Shown piece by piece: positions 11,201-21,660 of a stretch of 64,000 nucleotides of DNA. Position 1 is the stretch's first letter; each line of letters opens with the position of its first letter. Made by a program: the position numbers and the translations under genes. The stretch is from an uncultured delta proteobacterium (GTDB lineage Bacteria; Desulfobacterota; Desulfobacteria; Desulfobacterales; QNYZ01), in contig CAWANO010000018.1 in assembly GCA_963783425.1 (NCBI GenBank), positions 6,219 through 70,218 of the forward strand, written 5' to 3'. The notes beneath the pieces were generated by a model. That model did not search any database. It saw nothing but the letters and a program-made list of their open reading frames with translations, and was not told where the DNA came from.

Positions 11201-11839
11201 GTGTTGGTCCCAGAGGACCGGGCAAATCGCGCCGCCATCACAGCGGTGGATATCAGTATGAGCGGTGCCATGCAAAATGAACCCGAACTCAGTATTGCAG
11301 GCCAATTTTTAGTGGCCATGCCCCTGTTGGCGGATCCCAATTTTCACCGTACCGTAACGTGTCTGTGCGAATATTCCAGTAAAGGGGCTTTGGGTATCGT
11401 GATCAACCGGCACGATGTCAGGCTCACCGGAAAAGATGTTTTCAGCCAGTTGGAGATCGATTACACCCCCGCGGCGGGCGCCGTGCCCGTGCATTTGGGC
11501 GGGCCCGTTCATCCCAACGAGCTTTTCATCCTCCACGGTCCTCCTCTGATCTGGGAAGGCACCCATGAATTTCAGAAGGGGCTTGCCCTCAGCAACACCG
11601 TGGATCTGGTCGAAGCCATCGCCCAAAGCCGGGGACCGCAAAAATATATCATCGCCCTGGGTTGTGCCGGTTGGGGGCCGGGGCAGCTCGATTACGAGTT
11701 GACCGAAAATACCTGGATCACCGCCCCCATGGACCGGGAAGTGCTTTTTGATCTGCCCGTGGAAAACCGCTGGGAGACCGTGTTGACGCGCAACGGGATC
11801 AATCCGGCGGTTCTTTCGGGTACCGCCGGTCATGCGTAA
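11201..11839 (+). CDS. YqgE/AlgH-family protein (true start probably the ATG at 11258 or 11270)
   Basis: FLVAMP..DPNFHRTV, GALGIVINR, GGPV, LGCAGWGPGQL..EL..NTW, C-terminal AGHA. Confidence 0.92.
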   Translation: MLVPEDRANRAAITAVDISMSGAMQNEPELSIAGQFLVAMPLLADPNFHRTVTCLCEYSSKGALGIVINRHDVRLTGKDVFSQLEIDYTPAAGAVPVHLGGPVHPNELFILHGPPLIWEGTHEFQKGLALSNTVDLVEAIAQSRGPQKYIIALGCAGWGPGQLDYELTENTWITAPMDREVLFDLPVENRWETVLTRNGINPAVLSGTAGHA

Positions 11840-12281
11840 TCCAAGAAGGTTGGAGACGACCATCGACCATCCCTTTCAAGCAGCGTCTATCGCCAAACAT
11901 CAGCTATCCAGCGATGGTGGCGCAATGGGTGATCAAGCCGCGCTCTCTTTGGAATCGGTCTGTTTGGTTTTTCTCTTTTTAAGGCACTCTTTGTCATCCC
12001 GAACGAAGGCGCACAGGTTGGGGTTATGATACTCTTTGCAATTGAGGGGATTTTGCAGAGGACACTCGGGATGCTTTTTTGACATGGTTGCTTTTCCTTT
12101 TGACGCCCCCTTATATCATATTGAAGCCTTGCTGACAACTTGGCGCGTAACCTGATGTAAACCCATGTGGTCTGTTTTCCCAAAGGCACTTTCTTCGGCG
12201 GACAAGCGTTGCGCCATGCGAGGAATCGGCACAATCAGCATTGATTGACAAACTTTATAGCTCACTGTTATAAGTGCCCGA

Positions 12282-14540
12282 ATGGACGAATATCAACAAA
12301 TTAGACAAGCGATTCTCGATAATTGCCGGCGCGCCAGCCACCTGACGACCACCAGCGAGAAAATTCCCGGCATTGCCCAGTCCTCCCTTGCCCAGTGGCG
12401 CAAAACCTCCGACCTGGTAGAAGACCAGCTTCAAAAGGAGGTGCTGCGAGTGGCCGCAATCGGTCCCATCAAGTCTGGAAAAAGCACCTTCATTAACGCG
12501 CTTTTGAAAAACGACTATCTCAAGCGGGGCGCCGGGGTTGTGACATCCATCGTCACCCGCGTGCGCAAGGGCGCCGATCTGAGCGCCACGCTTTACTTCA
12601 AGTCGTGGGATGAGATCAACGACGAGATTCGTCTGGCTACGGCGCTGTTCCCTTCCAACCAATGGCGAAGCAGACAAGAACCCTTCGACCTGCGACGTCG
12701 AAACGACCGCGGGGAGCTGCGCACCGCCCTGGCCAATTTAAACTCCGACCACCTGATCACGGGCAATACCCGCAACCCGGATAGCGTGATCATGATGGCC
12801 TACCTGGACGGTTACGATCAGGTATTCGAGCAGGTGGGTGCCGATCAGCAGGTCAAATCCTTCGATCGCGAGGAGTTTGCCCGACATAGGGACTTTGTGG
12901 GCAACGACAGCCTGGCCGTCTATCTTAAGGACATCCTGCTGCGCGTGGAGACCCCCAGCCTGGCGGCTCACATGGAGGTGGCCGACTGCCAGGGTAGCGA
13001 TTCGCCCAATCCGCGCCACATGGCGATGATTCAGGACTATTTGATGGTTGCGCACCTGTTCGTCTATGTGATCAGCAGCCGCACTGGGTTGCGTGAAGCC
13101 GACATTCGTTTTCTCTCCATGATCAAAAAGATGGGGCTGTTGGGCCATATACTATTTGTGGTTAACTGCGACTTCAGCGAGCACGACAACCTAGAGGATC
13201 TCACCAATCTAGTGGCGCGCTTAAAACAAGAACTGAGCATGCTCAAGTCCGATCCCGAGATTTTCACTTTTTCGGCACTGCATCGCCTGTACGGCGACAT
13301 GGGACAGCGGTTGCCTGAAAAAGAGCGTCGCCGCCTGGAAATCTGGGAAAACGACGAGCAGTTGGTGGCCTTTTCCAACGGCCAGGCCGATCGTTTTCTC
13401 GAGATGCTGCAGCAACGTCTTTCACGCGAGCGCTACCCGTTGCTACTGCACAACCATATCGAACACCTTGACCGCGTTTTCGGCAGCATGACGCACCAGG
13501 CCGAAGTTAACCTGGACCTGCTCCGCAGCGACAGTTCCCGCATCGAACAGATCGTCACCGGCATCGACGATCAACGTAAAAAGATAGAAGAACTGGGCAG
13601 CATGATCCGCAGCACCCTCAACGGTGCCGTGGAGAAGATCAAAAAGGACCTGCGCATGGCGGTCGACCGCTATTTCGACCCCATTTCCGGCGAGACCCTG
13701 GCGGGAGCTATCGATTTCATCCGTAGCTATCAGCCGGCCGGCGACCAGATGGTGGCCGACCTGGAAGCAATGAGTTTCAACGGCGCTCTCTACCAGCAGT
13801 TTCAAATTTTCAAGCAAGCCTGCGACCGTTACATGACCGAGATGGTCAACCCGCGCATTTTAGGGTTCGTGCGTGAAACCGAGCAGGAAATATTCGAAAA
13901 GCTCACCATGGTGGCCAAGCCTTACGAGGTAATGGTCAAAGACGCCCTTGATGGCTACAATCGGATGTTGGCCAAACAGGGGCTGCCACAGATTCCTGAC
14001 GCGCCGTCCACCGTCGGAGCCTTCAACCTGGAGGCCGTGAAATCGGTTCAAGGCCTAAGCGTTCCCTCGGCCGGCGCCACCATGCACTATTCGGCCAAGG
14101 TCAAGAGCGAGGCCTGGGCGCGTTTTGGGGCCTACTCTTTGGGGCGCTGGGTCCGCAAGCTATTTAAAAAGGGCAATGGGGACGATCGTGCCGAGGGACT
14201 CAAAGCGCTCAAGGTGGGCGTGGCACGCATGCGGCGTGAGATGGAAGAGTCGATGAAGCGCCATTTTGTCGACCATCGCGAAACCCTGAAATTTCAATAC
14301 CTTTTCAAACTGGTGGATTTGCTGGTCAACGCCCTGCACGAAGGCTTGATGGCACAGTTTGCCACGCACCAATCCGATTTGTCGGAGATGGTGACATCGA
14401 TCAAATCCCGGCAACTTGACGAAGCCGCCACGGCCACGGCCTTGGAAGATATGATCAAAGAAGCAACGGCCGCTTCCGAAGAGCTGGCGCAGCAGCGCCG
14501 GCGTATCGCCGAACTGTCCCAAAAACCGCCCGACCGGTGA
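12282..14540 (+). CDS. Bacterial dynamin-like protein
   Basis: G1 GPIKSGKST, G2 GAGVVTS, G3 DCQG, variant G4 VVNCD, followed by a long helical/coiled-coil region. Confidence 0.8.
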   Translation: MDEYQQIRQAILDNCRRASHLTTTSEKIPGIAQSSLAQWRKTSDLVEDQLQKEVLRVAAIGPIKSGKSTFINALLKNDYLKRGAGVVTSIVTRVRKGADLSATLYFKSWDEINDEIRLATALFPSNQWRSRQEPFDLRRRNDRGELRTALANLNSDHLITGNTRNPDSVIMMAYLDGYDQVFEQVGADQQVKSFDREEFARHRDFVGNDSLAVYLKDILLRVETPSLAAHMEVADCQGSDSPNPRHMAMIQDYLMVAHLFVYVISSRTGLREADIRFLSMIKKMGLLGHILFVVNCDFSEHDNLEDLTNLVARLKQELSMLKSDPEIFTFSALHRLYGDMGQRLPEKERRRLEIWENDEQLVAFSNGQADRFLEMLQQRLSRERYPLLLHNHIEHLDRVFGSMTHQAEVNLDLLRSDSSRIEQIVTGIDDQRKKIEELGSMIRSTLNGAVEKIKKDLRMAVDRYFDPISGETLAGAIDFIRSYQPAGDQMVADLEAMSFNGALYQQFQIFKQACDRYMTEMVNPRILGFVRETEQEIFEKLTMVAKPYEVMVKDALDGYNRMLAKQGLPQIPDAPSTVGAFNLEAVKSVQGLSVPSAGATMHYSAKVKSEAWARFGAYSLGRWVRKLFKKGNGDDRAEGLKALKVGVARMRREMEESMKRHFVDHRETLKFQYLFKLVDLLVNALHEGLMAQFATHQSDLSEMVTSIKSRQLDEAATATALEDMIKEATAASEELAQQRRRIAELSQKPPDR

Positions 14541-14612
14541 TCGACCGTAAAGGGGGGCGCGGTAGACGAACGCATACGGCAGAAACGGGATAACCACAAG
14601 GAGGCCTCTACC

Positions 14613-15398
14613 ATGGAAAAGTCCAAACCCAGGATTATCGCTGTCATCAACGAAAAAGGGGGCGTTGGCAAAACCGTCACCGTCATCAATCTCGCCGCCG
14701 CGCTGGCACGCGCCGATCAACAGGTTCTTGTTGTGGACATGGACCCCCAGGCGAACGCAACCCTGGGGCTTGGCATCGAGCTGGCCGATTCCGATACGTC
14801 GACCTACGACCTCATCATCGATCCCGCCAATGCCGACCCCTTTGCGGCTATAAAAAAGTCCGACTGGAAGGGGCTCGACATCATCCCCTCGCACGTGGAC
14901 CTGTCCGGCGCCGAAGTGGAGCTGGTGGACCGCGTGGGCAGGGAAAACAGCTTGAAACAGGCTCTGGCCTCGCTCAATGACAACTATGACTTCATTCTGG
15001 TGGATACGCCCCCCAGCCTGTCGCTGCTGACCGTTAATGTACTCAGCTACACCAACGAGGTGATCATACCTTGCCAGACGCACCCCTACGCTTTCGTGGC
15101 TCTCTCCGAACTTTTCGACACCATCGGTGCCGTTCAGGCCGAGATCAACCCTGATCTGAAGATCACCGGTCTTGTGGCCACCTTCTTCGATTCGCGCACG
15201 CGTGTCAGCAGCAGTGTTTTGGACAAACTAAAGCGTGACGAACGCACAAAAGAGATCCTGTTCGATACCGTGATTCGTACCAACACCACCATCGCCGAAA
15301 GCGCTTTTGTCGGAAAACCGGTGGTTTATTACCGCACCACCTCCTACGGTGCGCTGGATTACATTAGTTTAGCGGATGAAGTGATGGGGCGAAGTTAA
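14613..15398 (+). CDS. ParA/Soj-family ATPase (no adjacent parB)
   Basis: NEKGGVGKT deviant Walker A, VDMDPQANAT, DTPPSLSLLT. Confidence 0.92.
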   Translation: MEKSKPRIIAVINEKGGVGKTVTVINLAAALARADQQVLVVDMDPQANATLGLGIELADSDTSTYDLIIDPANADPFAAIKKSDWKGLDIIPSHVDLSGAEVELVDRVGRENSLKQALASLNDNYDFILVDTPPSLSLLTVNVLSYTNEVIIPCQTHPYAFVALSELFDTIGAVQAEINPDLKITGLVATFFDSRTRVSSSVLDKLKRDERTKEILFDTVIRTNTTIAESAFVGKPVVYYRTTSYGALDYISLADEVMGRS

Positions 15399-15518
15399 GG
15401 TTCAATCGATAGATGTACCCGAGCCATTCCCGACGACGGCGCCACTTGCACGGTAAGTGCCGCGGATTGCCGATTAATCATCAGGGTCGGTTGGGAATTA
15501 ACTGGAATCAACGCAAAA

Positions 15519-16550
15519 ATGTTGGGTAGTCATATGAGAGCAAAGGAGTCCCGCGTGCGCGCCACGCTTAGCATCGGCTGGATCGTTTTATTGGTGGTAC
15601 TGTTTTTCGGCTGTGCCGGAAAAGAGTCCCGGGTGGGAACCATTGACCAGATGCCGCCGCCGCAAGAAGAAACATCAGAATCAGAGCCTTTAACCGATGC
15701 TGAAGCGACGGATGAACCGCCTTATCTGCCCACCGCGACGGTGACGGCTTCACGTTTGGATCTACGCGAACAGAGCACGCCCCAAAGCGAGGTGATGGCG
15801 GTGCTTCGCGGTGGCGATCGGCTCGAGGTGTTATCACGAAGCAGCGACTGGCTCGAGGTGCGCACGGCGGAGGGGAAAATCGGCTGGATTAACGGCGAGT
15901 ATGTGGACGTTGTAGACGAGGCCGAGGGTCGGCCCCTGGAGGCATCGGATCCGGCTCTGACAGTGTTGACGCCGCCACCAGAAAGCGCGATTGTAGAAGA
16001 GGCCTTGGGCACCACGGCCCTCGAGCCTGTCGGAAAGCTCCCGCCAACAAAGGCCCAGCAGCCCCTGGAAGCCTTGCGCAAGGAACTGGAAGGGGTGTGG
16101 AACAACCACCGCCGGGCATATGCCGTGGGCGATATGGCACTGCTTAAAAGAACTAGTTCGGACTACAGTTACGGCACCATGCGCAACGCTCTGGCATCCG
16201 CTGGTAAAGCACTGAACCCTGAAGAGCTCACCTTTTTCTACGAACTCATGCCGGATGTGGCCAGCCTCAAATTTGTCGAGCTAAAGAAAATGGGGCTTAC
16301 AGCCGGGCTGCTTTACGTGGGGGAGGCGAACGACGGTTCTATGCCCAGCCAGCCCCCCCAACATGGTTTTTTCTTCATCAAGTTTGTCCAGGAAGGTCGG
16401 GGGTGGACTGTAGACGGAATGCAGGCCACCCCAGCGCCGGACCCTCATCAAGCGGTTGGCCAAACCTCTTTTGACCCGGCCGCGCTGCCCACGGAGCTGG
16501 CTATTGATGGTGTGGTGCGCCCGGCGCCAGAAGCGGCTAAGCTGCAATAG
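15519..16550 (+). CDS. SH3b-domain lipoprotein
   Basis: Lipobox LFFGC after a hydrophobic stretch; LDLREQS...VLRGGDRLEVL...WLEVRT..GKIGWI SH3b pattern; start codon uncertain. Confidence 0.75.
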   Translation: MLGSHMRAKESRVRATLSIGWIVLLVVLFFGCAGKESRVGTIDQMPPPQEETSESEPLTDAEATDEPPYLPTATVTASRLDLREQSTPQSEVMAVLRGGDRLEVLSRSSDWLEVRTAEGKIGWINGEYVDVVDEAEGRPLEASDPALTVLTPPPESAIVEEALGTTALEPVGKLPPTKAQQPLEALRKELEGVWNNHRRAYAVGDMALLKRTSSDYSYGTMRNALASAGKALNPEELTFFYELMPDVASLKFVELKKMGLTAGLLYVGEANDGSMPSQPPQHGFFFIKFVQEGRGWTVDGMQATPAPDPHQAVGQTSFDPAALPTELAIDGVVRPAPEAAKLQ

Positions 16551-16711
16551 GTGCGGACGGCTATTCCGATACCACCTGTATTTGAACAGGGACGTCACGC
16601 CGTCTCATTGAGATAAGTAAGTTAACAGTCCATATTAACTCTCTTCGCATTTGACACACCCGCAATCCGCGCGAGGATAACTTCTCAAGTTTCCGGATAG
16701 CGGCACTCCTG

Positions 16712-18463
16712 CTAATCCTTCAGCACACCGAAGCGGACCAGATTATCCCGGGCAAACTCAATGCTTGGATCGATCTCCAACGCCATCTGATAGTATTGGA
16801 TGGCTTTGTCGCGCTGGCCCAGTTCGCGATAATTGGAGCCGATGTTGGCGTAGTCGATGGCCGAGTTGGGATTGAGGTTGATAACGTGCTCAAAGCAGTT
16901 GATGGCCTGCGCGTGCTCCTTGAGCTGGTAGTGGCAAAAACCCATCAAGTTGTGGATGTCGGTGCGCTCCTTGTCCAGGGCGGCACCCTTCTCCAAAACC
17001 TGCAGGGCGTCGCGAAGGTTTCCCAGATCTTTGTGGCAGATGCCCAAGTAGGAGTAGATGCTGGGCGCATCTTCCGCGGCGGGATCGAGCTCCAGAGCCC
17101 TATTGAAGAAGGGTAGTGCATCATCGGGCCGCCCCAGGTCGAGTTGCGTGGCGCCGATGTAGAAGTTGATGTAGTACTTCTTCGGCAGCATACGGTCGGC
17201 CGCAATGAGGTGGTCAAGGGCCTGATCGGGCGCAAAATTTTGCCGGATCAGTTTGGTGCTGAACATGCCCACGCTCGTTCCGGCTGCACGCTCCCTGAAG
17301 TGCGCGCCGGGGATGATGGTGTAAAAGGCGGGGATGTCCAGTTGGGCGTGGCGGGTGTTGATCACATGCACCTCGAAACCGCGATCCTGCAAAGCGGCGA
17401 GACAGTTCTCCACCTCCAGGCGGATGTTGTTGTCGGAGAGGTCGGGGAGGTCCTGGATATTGAGCAAACGCCGCGGCGTGGTTACATACTCGGCCTCTTG
17501 CAGAGCGTAAAACTTGGGCAGACCACTGGCCACAAAGTTGGCGCCGGTGTTGAAGTCGCCGGCCAGTTGGGCCACTTCGGTCATGGTGCGGCTCAAAGCC
17601 TTTTCCGGATCGGGGGTGGTGCCGGCGGTCCATACGATTTCGCTCTGTTCCGGGAACGTGGCCGGATCGAAGGCCAGCATGCCCACGCTGGGAATGCCCA
17701 TGTCCAGCGTAAAATCCGATAGGTAAAAACGAATGCCGGCTTTTTCGGTATTTTTCGGTCATGTCCACGCACGGCATTGTCGCGGGCCGAGTGGGGGCGA
17801 ATACCCGGAGTGCGGATATGATTGCGGCTGACCAGGGCGGAAACGTGGCGTTCCACGATTTCGCAGATACCCTGCGAGCAAGGCCTCCTCCTGGCAGTTT
17901 CCGGCTGAAGGGCCGTTGAACTCGTTGATGGCGTAAAACCAGTCGAAGGGCACTATCACCGCACGCTGAGCGGTGAGGTTGTAGGCCGGGGTCCAGCGCA
18001 TGGGGATTTGCTCGAAAATCTTGCGGGCCGCGCCAAGATCCGCGGAGTCGTCATGAACAGACCTGGCGATCATTTTGAAAGGCATCGCCCGGTCGCCCAC
18101 TTGGCCGCAAGTGGCCACCTTGAAGTTAGCCGGCGTGTTGACAAAGCTGAAAAAACTAAAGCGCTCGGCCAGCTCCATCACCGCGCTGGCCTCGGCCTGT
18201 TCGGGGGTGGCGCCTTTACCCATCTGTTTCTTGGTGCCGGTCAGAGTGGCGGCGTCCTTGCCGCATCGGCTGAAAAAGACAGGGATGTCCAGGCGACCGT
18301 TGTCGATGCGCACGGTTTCTTTGAGGATCTCCAAGTCCACCTGCTGCAACCTCGCCTTGAATCTGCGCACGGTCTCTTCCGGCGGCAGCACCTTGTCCTG
18401 GTCGGCGGTGAAGGTTTTATAGGCGTCCTTGAGGACGATTCTAGTAGACATGGCATTTTCCAT
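16712..18463 (-). CDS. YcaO-like protein with C-terminal TPR repeats; frameshifts near 17730-17880
   Basis: GKGATPEQAEASAVMELAER, NGPSAGN.QEEAL, EIVERH YcaO motifs; C-terminal TPRs (YSYLGICHK, HNLMGFCHY, YANIGSNYR). Confidence 0.85.
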
Positions 18464-18787
18464 ATCGTTTTTTTGATGGTTTCGTCATTGTACCATTTGT
18501 TTTCGCCAACCGCGACCGAGCCGGTTTTATACTGAATTTATAACGTGATTGCCGTGGAGACGGGGGTGAGAACGAACATAGGGGTTCGCCCTTACGAACC
18601 GGACCGGGTTTAACCGCCAATCCAACCATTATAAGGCGCATTGGGCCGATGTGAAGCGGATCAGTCAGCAATGGCCAAATGTCCTGTTCAGGCAACTGAA
18701 AACGCGGTTGGGTTCAGCAGGCCGGGTAGACCCATATGGCAAATACGGTGGTGTCGTAAGTGGGTTGTGGCGATTTGACCCAAACTT

Positions 18788-20347
18788 TCAGGCGTCGATC
18801 TTGTAGCGCTTGATCTTGTTGATCAGCCCCTGACGGGTCAGGCCCACCTGTTTGGCCGCCCGGGTGCGGTTGCCTTTGGTCTCCTGCAGCGCCCTGGTTA
18901 CCATGTGACGTTCCAGAGCGGCAACAGCCTCGGGCAGCTTGCCGTTGATCGAGGGCATTTCGGGGCCACAGTCGTCGTCGTCTCTTAACCTGCTGGATAG
19001 GTGCAATGCCTGAATCTCCGTTGAATCCGCGGCCATGGCAATGGCGCGCTCGAGTTCGTTCTCCAGCTCGCGAATATTGCCCGGCCACTTGTAGCGCGAT
19101 AGCAGCTCGGCGGCGCGGGGCGAAATTTTGAGATCCTGCTTGCCGAGTTTGCGTCCGTATTCTTTGAGAAAGTGATCGATCAGCAAGACAACGTCGGAAC
19201 CCCGCTCGCGCAGCGGGGGGAGAGTGATGGGGAAAACGGCGACGCGGTAGTAGAGGTCCTCGCGAAACCGTTTCCGCTTGATCTCCTTTAGCAGGTCGCG
19301 GTTGGTAGAGGCGATCACGCGCACGTCCACATCCACCGCGCGTGAGCCGCCCACGGGGCGCACCTGACCCTCCTGGAGCACGCGCAGCAGTTTCACCTGC
19401 AGGTTGAGGGAGGTTTCGCTGATCTCGTCCAGGAACAAGGTTCCGCCGTGTGCAAGTTCGAAAAGCCCCTTTTTGTTGCTCACCGCGCCGGTGAAAGACC
19501 CTTTGACGTGCCCGAAAAGTTCGCTTTCCAGCAGTGTTTCGGTCAGGGCGCCGCAGTTTTCGGCCACGAAGGGTTTGTCCTTGCGGGGACCGCTGTAGTG
19601 GATCACGCGGGCGATCAGCTCTTTTCCGGTGCCGGTCTCGCCCTGGATCAGCACTGAGGTCGGGGTTGGGATTACCTTGGACACGGTAGCAAAGATCTGC
19701 TGCATGGCCCGGCTGGAGCCGATGACCCCCTGTAGATTGAAGCGGTCCTGAATCTGATCCAGCAGGCGTCGGTTTTCCCCCTCGAGCTGAGTGGTTCGCC
19801 GCTTCAGCTCCCCGTAGAGCCTGGCGTTTTCAATGGCAATAGCGATGGTGCCCGACACCAGTTCCAGCAGGCGCGCATCGTTGGCGGTGTAGTCGCCCTC
19901 GAGCTTGTTGAGGGCGTAAATCAGTCCGATCACCCGCTTGCGGGCTCGTAGCGGGGCGCAGATCATAGAGTGCGTGATGAAGCCGCTTTTGGCGTCCATT
20001 TTGGAAAAATAACGATGGTTTTCGGTCACATCATTGATAATGGCGGTTTGGTTTTTCTGGTAGACATCCCCGCCAACGCCCACATCTTCGGGAAAGCGCA
20101 ACTCGATACCGTCTTCTGACTCGGCTTGGTGCAGGTCTTCGATGGTGCGGATGAAATAAAACTCCCTGGCGTTCGGGTCGTGCAGGGCGATGGAGCACCC
20201 CTCAATGCCCAGCACGGCTTTAACCAGTCCTAGCACCAGCTCGAGGAGTTCGTCCAGATCATTGATGGCGTGCAAAGCGGTGGCAATCTGGCGAAATATC
20301 TCCAGCTCCTGGTTGGTCAATGGTACATCGGATTTCTTGGATGTCAT
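18788..20347 (-). CDS. GAF-domain sigma54-dependent transcriptional activator (GAF-AAA+-HTH)
   Basis: N-terminal GAF; GETGTGKE, ELFGHVKGSFTGA, LFLDEI, FREDLYYR, WPGNIREL; Fis-type HTH at the C-terminus. Confidence 0.95.
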   Translation of the reverse strand: MTSKKSDVPLTNQELEIFRQIATALHAINDLDELLELVLGLVKAVLGIEGCSIALHDPNAREFYFIRTIEDLHQAESEDGIELRFPEDVGVGGDVYQKNQTAIINDVTENHRYFSKMDAKSGFITHSMICAPLRARKRVIGLIYALNKLEGDYTANDARLLELVSGTIAIAIENARLYGELKRRTTQLEGENRRLLDQIQDRFNLQGVIGSSRAMQQIFATVSKVIPTPTSVLIQGETGTGKELIARVIHYSGPRKDKPFVAENCGALTETLLESELFGHVKGSFTGAVSNKKGLFELAHGGTLFLDEISETSLNLQVKLLRVLQEGQVRPVGGSRAVDVDVRVIASTNRDLLKEIKRKRFREDLYYRVAVFPITLPPLRERGSDVVLLIDHFLKEYGRKLGKQDLKISPRAAELLSRYKWPGNIRELENELERAIAMAADSTEIQALHLSSRLRDDDDCGPEMPSINGKLPEAVAALERHMVTRALQETKGNRTRAAKQVGLTRQGLINKIKRYKIDA

Positions 20348-20525
20348 CGGCAGCTCCTAACAGACCCAAACAGTGGCGTGACAAAACCATGGCGCAAAAT
20401 AGCGCCAAGGCCACCCGTTACCTCCGGCGACCCTCGATCCCAAGTAAATTTTCACGGTATTGCCGGCACCCATGCGATAAAACCGTCGGAAAAACAATTA
20501 TTTCATACTGGCACAATGAAATTTT

Positions 20526-20574
20526 GTCAATGATCTTTACGATTTAGGAGGCAAAAATCGTAAAGCAATTTCAC
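20526..20574. promoter_or_regulatory. Paired putative enhancer (UAS) sites, GTMAA-N5-TTKAC-like
   Basis: gtcaa-tgatc-tttac (20526-20540) and gtaaa-gcaat-ttcac (20560-20574), 34 bp apart; same arrangement at 22189-22237. Confidence 0.55.
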
Positions 20575-20694
20575 GTTTTCGAAATGAGTGGCCATGATTG
20601 TCCGGAAAATGGCGTGTTCATTAAAATTAAATATCTCCTGAATGGCCAGTAAACATCGGTCTTTAAAGATCAACGCGGCAACCATGCAAGCAGT

Positions 20695-20710
20695 TGGCAC
20701 GGCATATGCA
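20695..20710 (+). promoter_or_regulatory. Sigma54 -24/-12 promoter
   Basis: TGGCAC-ggcat-ATGCA vs consensus TGGCAC-N5-TTGCA; ~80 bp upstream of the ATG at 20792 and divergent from a sigma54 activator. Confidence 0.85.
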
Positions 20711-20791
20711 GTGTGGAAAGACAAGAGCAATACTGGAACCGCAACCCTTTGAACTCAATAAACCGGGAACCCCAAGCCGAAGGAGGACACA

Positions 20792-21307
20792 ATGAAATGC
20801 AAACTTTTCATCGCCGTTATGGCAACAGTGTTGGTGGTGTGTGGCGGAGGGCTGACGGGCTTCTGCGGAGATGTCGCTACCCATAAAGCCGTCGCGCCAA
20901 TTGGCGGGTATGATACAGACTTCGGACACTATACCGACGGCCTGCAGCCATCCATGGTGCAGGCGGCCTTCAGGGCCGATTATGACATGGATTACGGGCA
21001 CGTTACAGACAATATGGAGCCCTCGCTGGCCTATGCCGCATTTATCGTAGATTACCTCGAAAAGTGTGATTGCAAAGGCGAGTTGCTCAATGCCAAAAGC
21101 CTCAGCATCCGCAAGGCCGCCGTGCGCGATACGGTCAAGGGCGCCTATGTACGGGATAACCAGGCCGAGTTGGTGCGTTATATGTTGGAGAACAATGTGC
21201 CCATGAATCCGCGACGCGTGGAGTATGTCATCAACCAGCAGTTTACTGCGCAAGTAAGCCCGCAAGAGGTTTACACAGTACTGGCAAAGGAACCAATCTA
21301 CGAGTAA
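20792..21307 (+). CDS. Hypothetical secreted protein, paralog 1
   Basis: RBS aggagga; signal-peptide-like N-terminus; C-terminal ~95 aa align with 22454-22837; internal repeat YDTDFGHYTD/YDMDYGHVTD. Confidence 0.8.
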   Translation: MKCKLFIAVMATVLVVCGGGLTGFCGDVATHKAVAPIGGYDTDFGHYTDGLQPSMVQAAFRADYDMDYGHVTDNMEPSLAYAAFIVDYLEKCDCKGELLNAKSLSIRKAAVRDTVKGAYVRDNQAELVRYMLENNVPMNPRRVEYVINQQFTAQVSPQEVYTVLAKEPIYE

Positions 21308-21515
21308 GAAATGTGAAATTTGTTTACATACATGGCCTTGGTTCGTATAAGGCCTCACCCCGTGGGCGTCAAAATGACGGCCCACGGAACTGGAGGGCCA
21401 CCAGGGCGGTTCACCCAACCGCTCTGACCCTAAAGCTCCTTTACATAAACGCTGGATTTGACGGAAGCGATCGATTCGACCGATTAATATCGGCACTGCT
21501 TTTCGCCAGTTCACA

Positions 21516-21660
21516 CCGGTCGCGCACGGGATTTAAGCCGATCAAGGCTTATCTGCCCAAACCGAAACAATAATTGCCGAGTTACCAAACCAAACGCTGC
21601 ATCGATCCGGCAAGCCTTCTGTTCGGTTCCCACCCGCAACCTCTCTCTCCGTGCGCGAAC
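21516..21660. ncRNA. Candidate structured RNA/DNA element, copy 1
   Basis: Closing stem tcgcgcacgg/ccgtgcgcga, hairpin taagcc/ggctta, inner stem aaccgaa/ttcggtt; homologous to 22999-23151. Confidence 0.5.

Noticed and set aside
18560..18740. Intergenic hairpins upstream of YcaO (e.g. ggttcg-ccctta-cgaacc) as a riboswitch or precursor-peptide locus
   Set aside because: No recognisable aptamer consensus and no convincing small ORF with an RBS
20508..20523. Third TGGCAC as a sigma54 promoter
   Set aside because: No GC at the -12 position (TGGCAC-aatga-AATTT)
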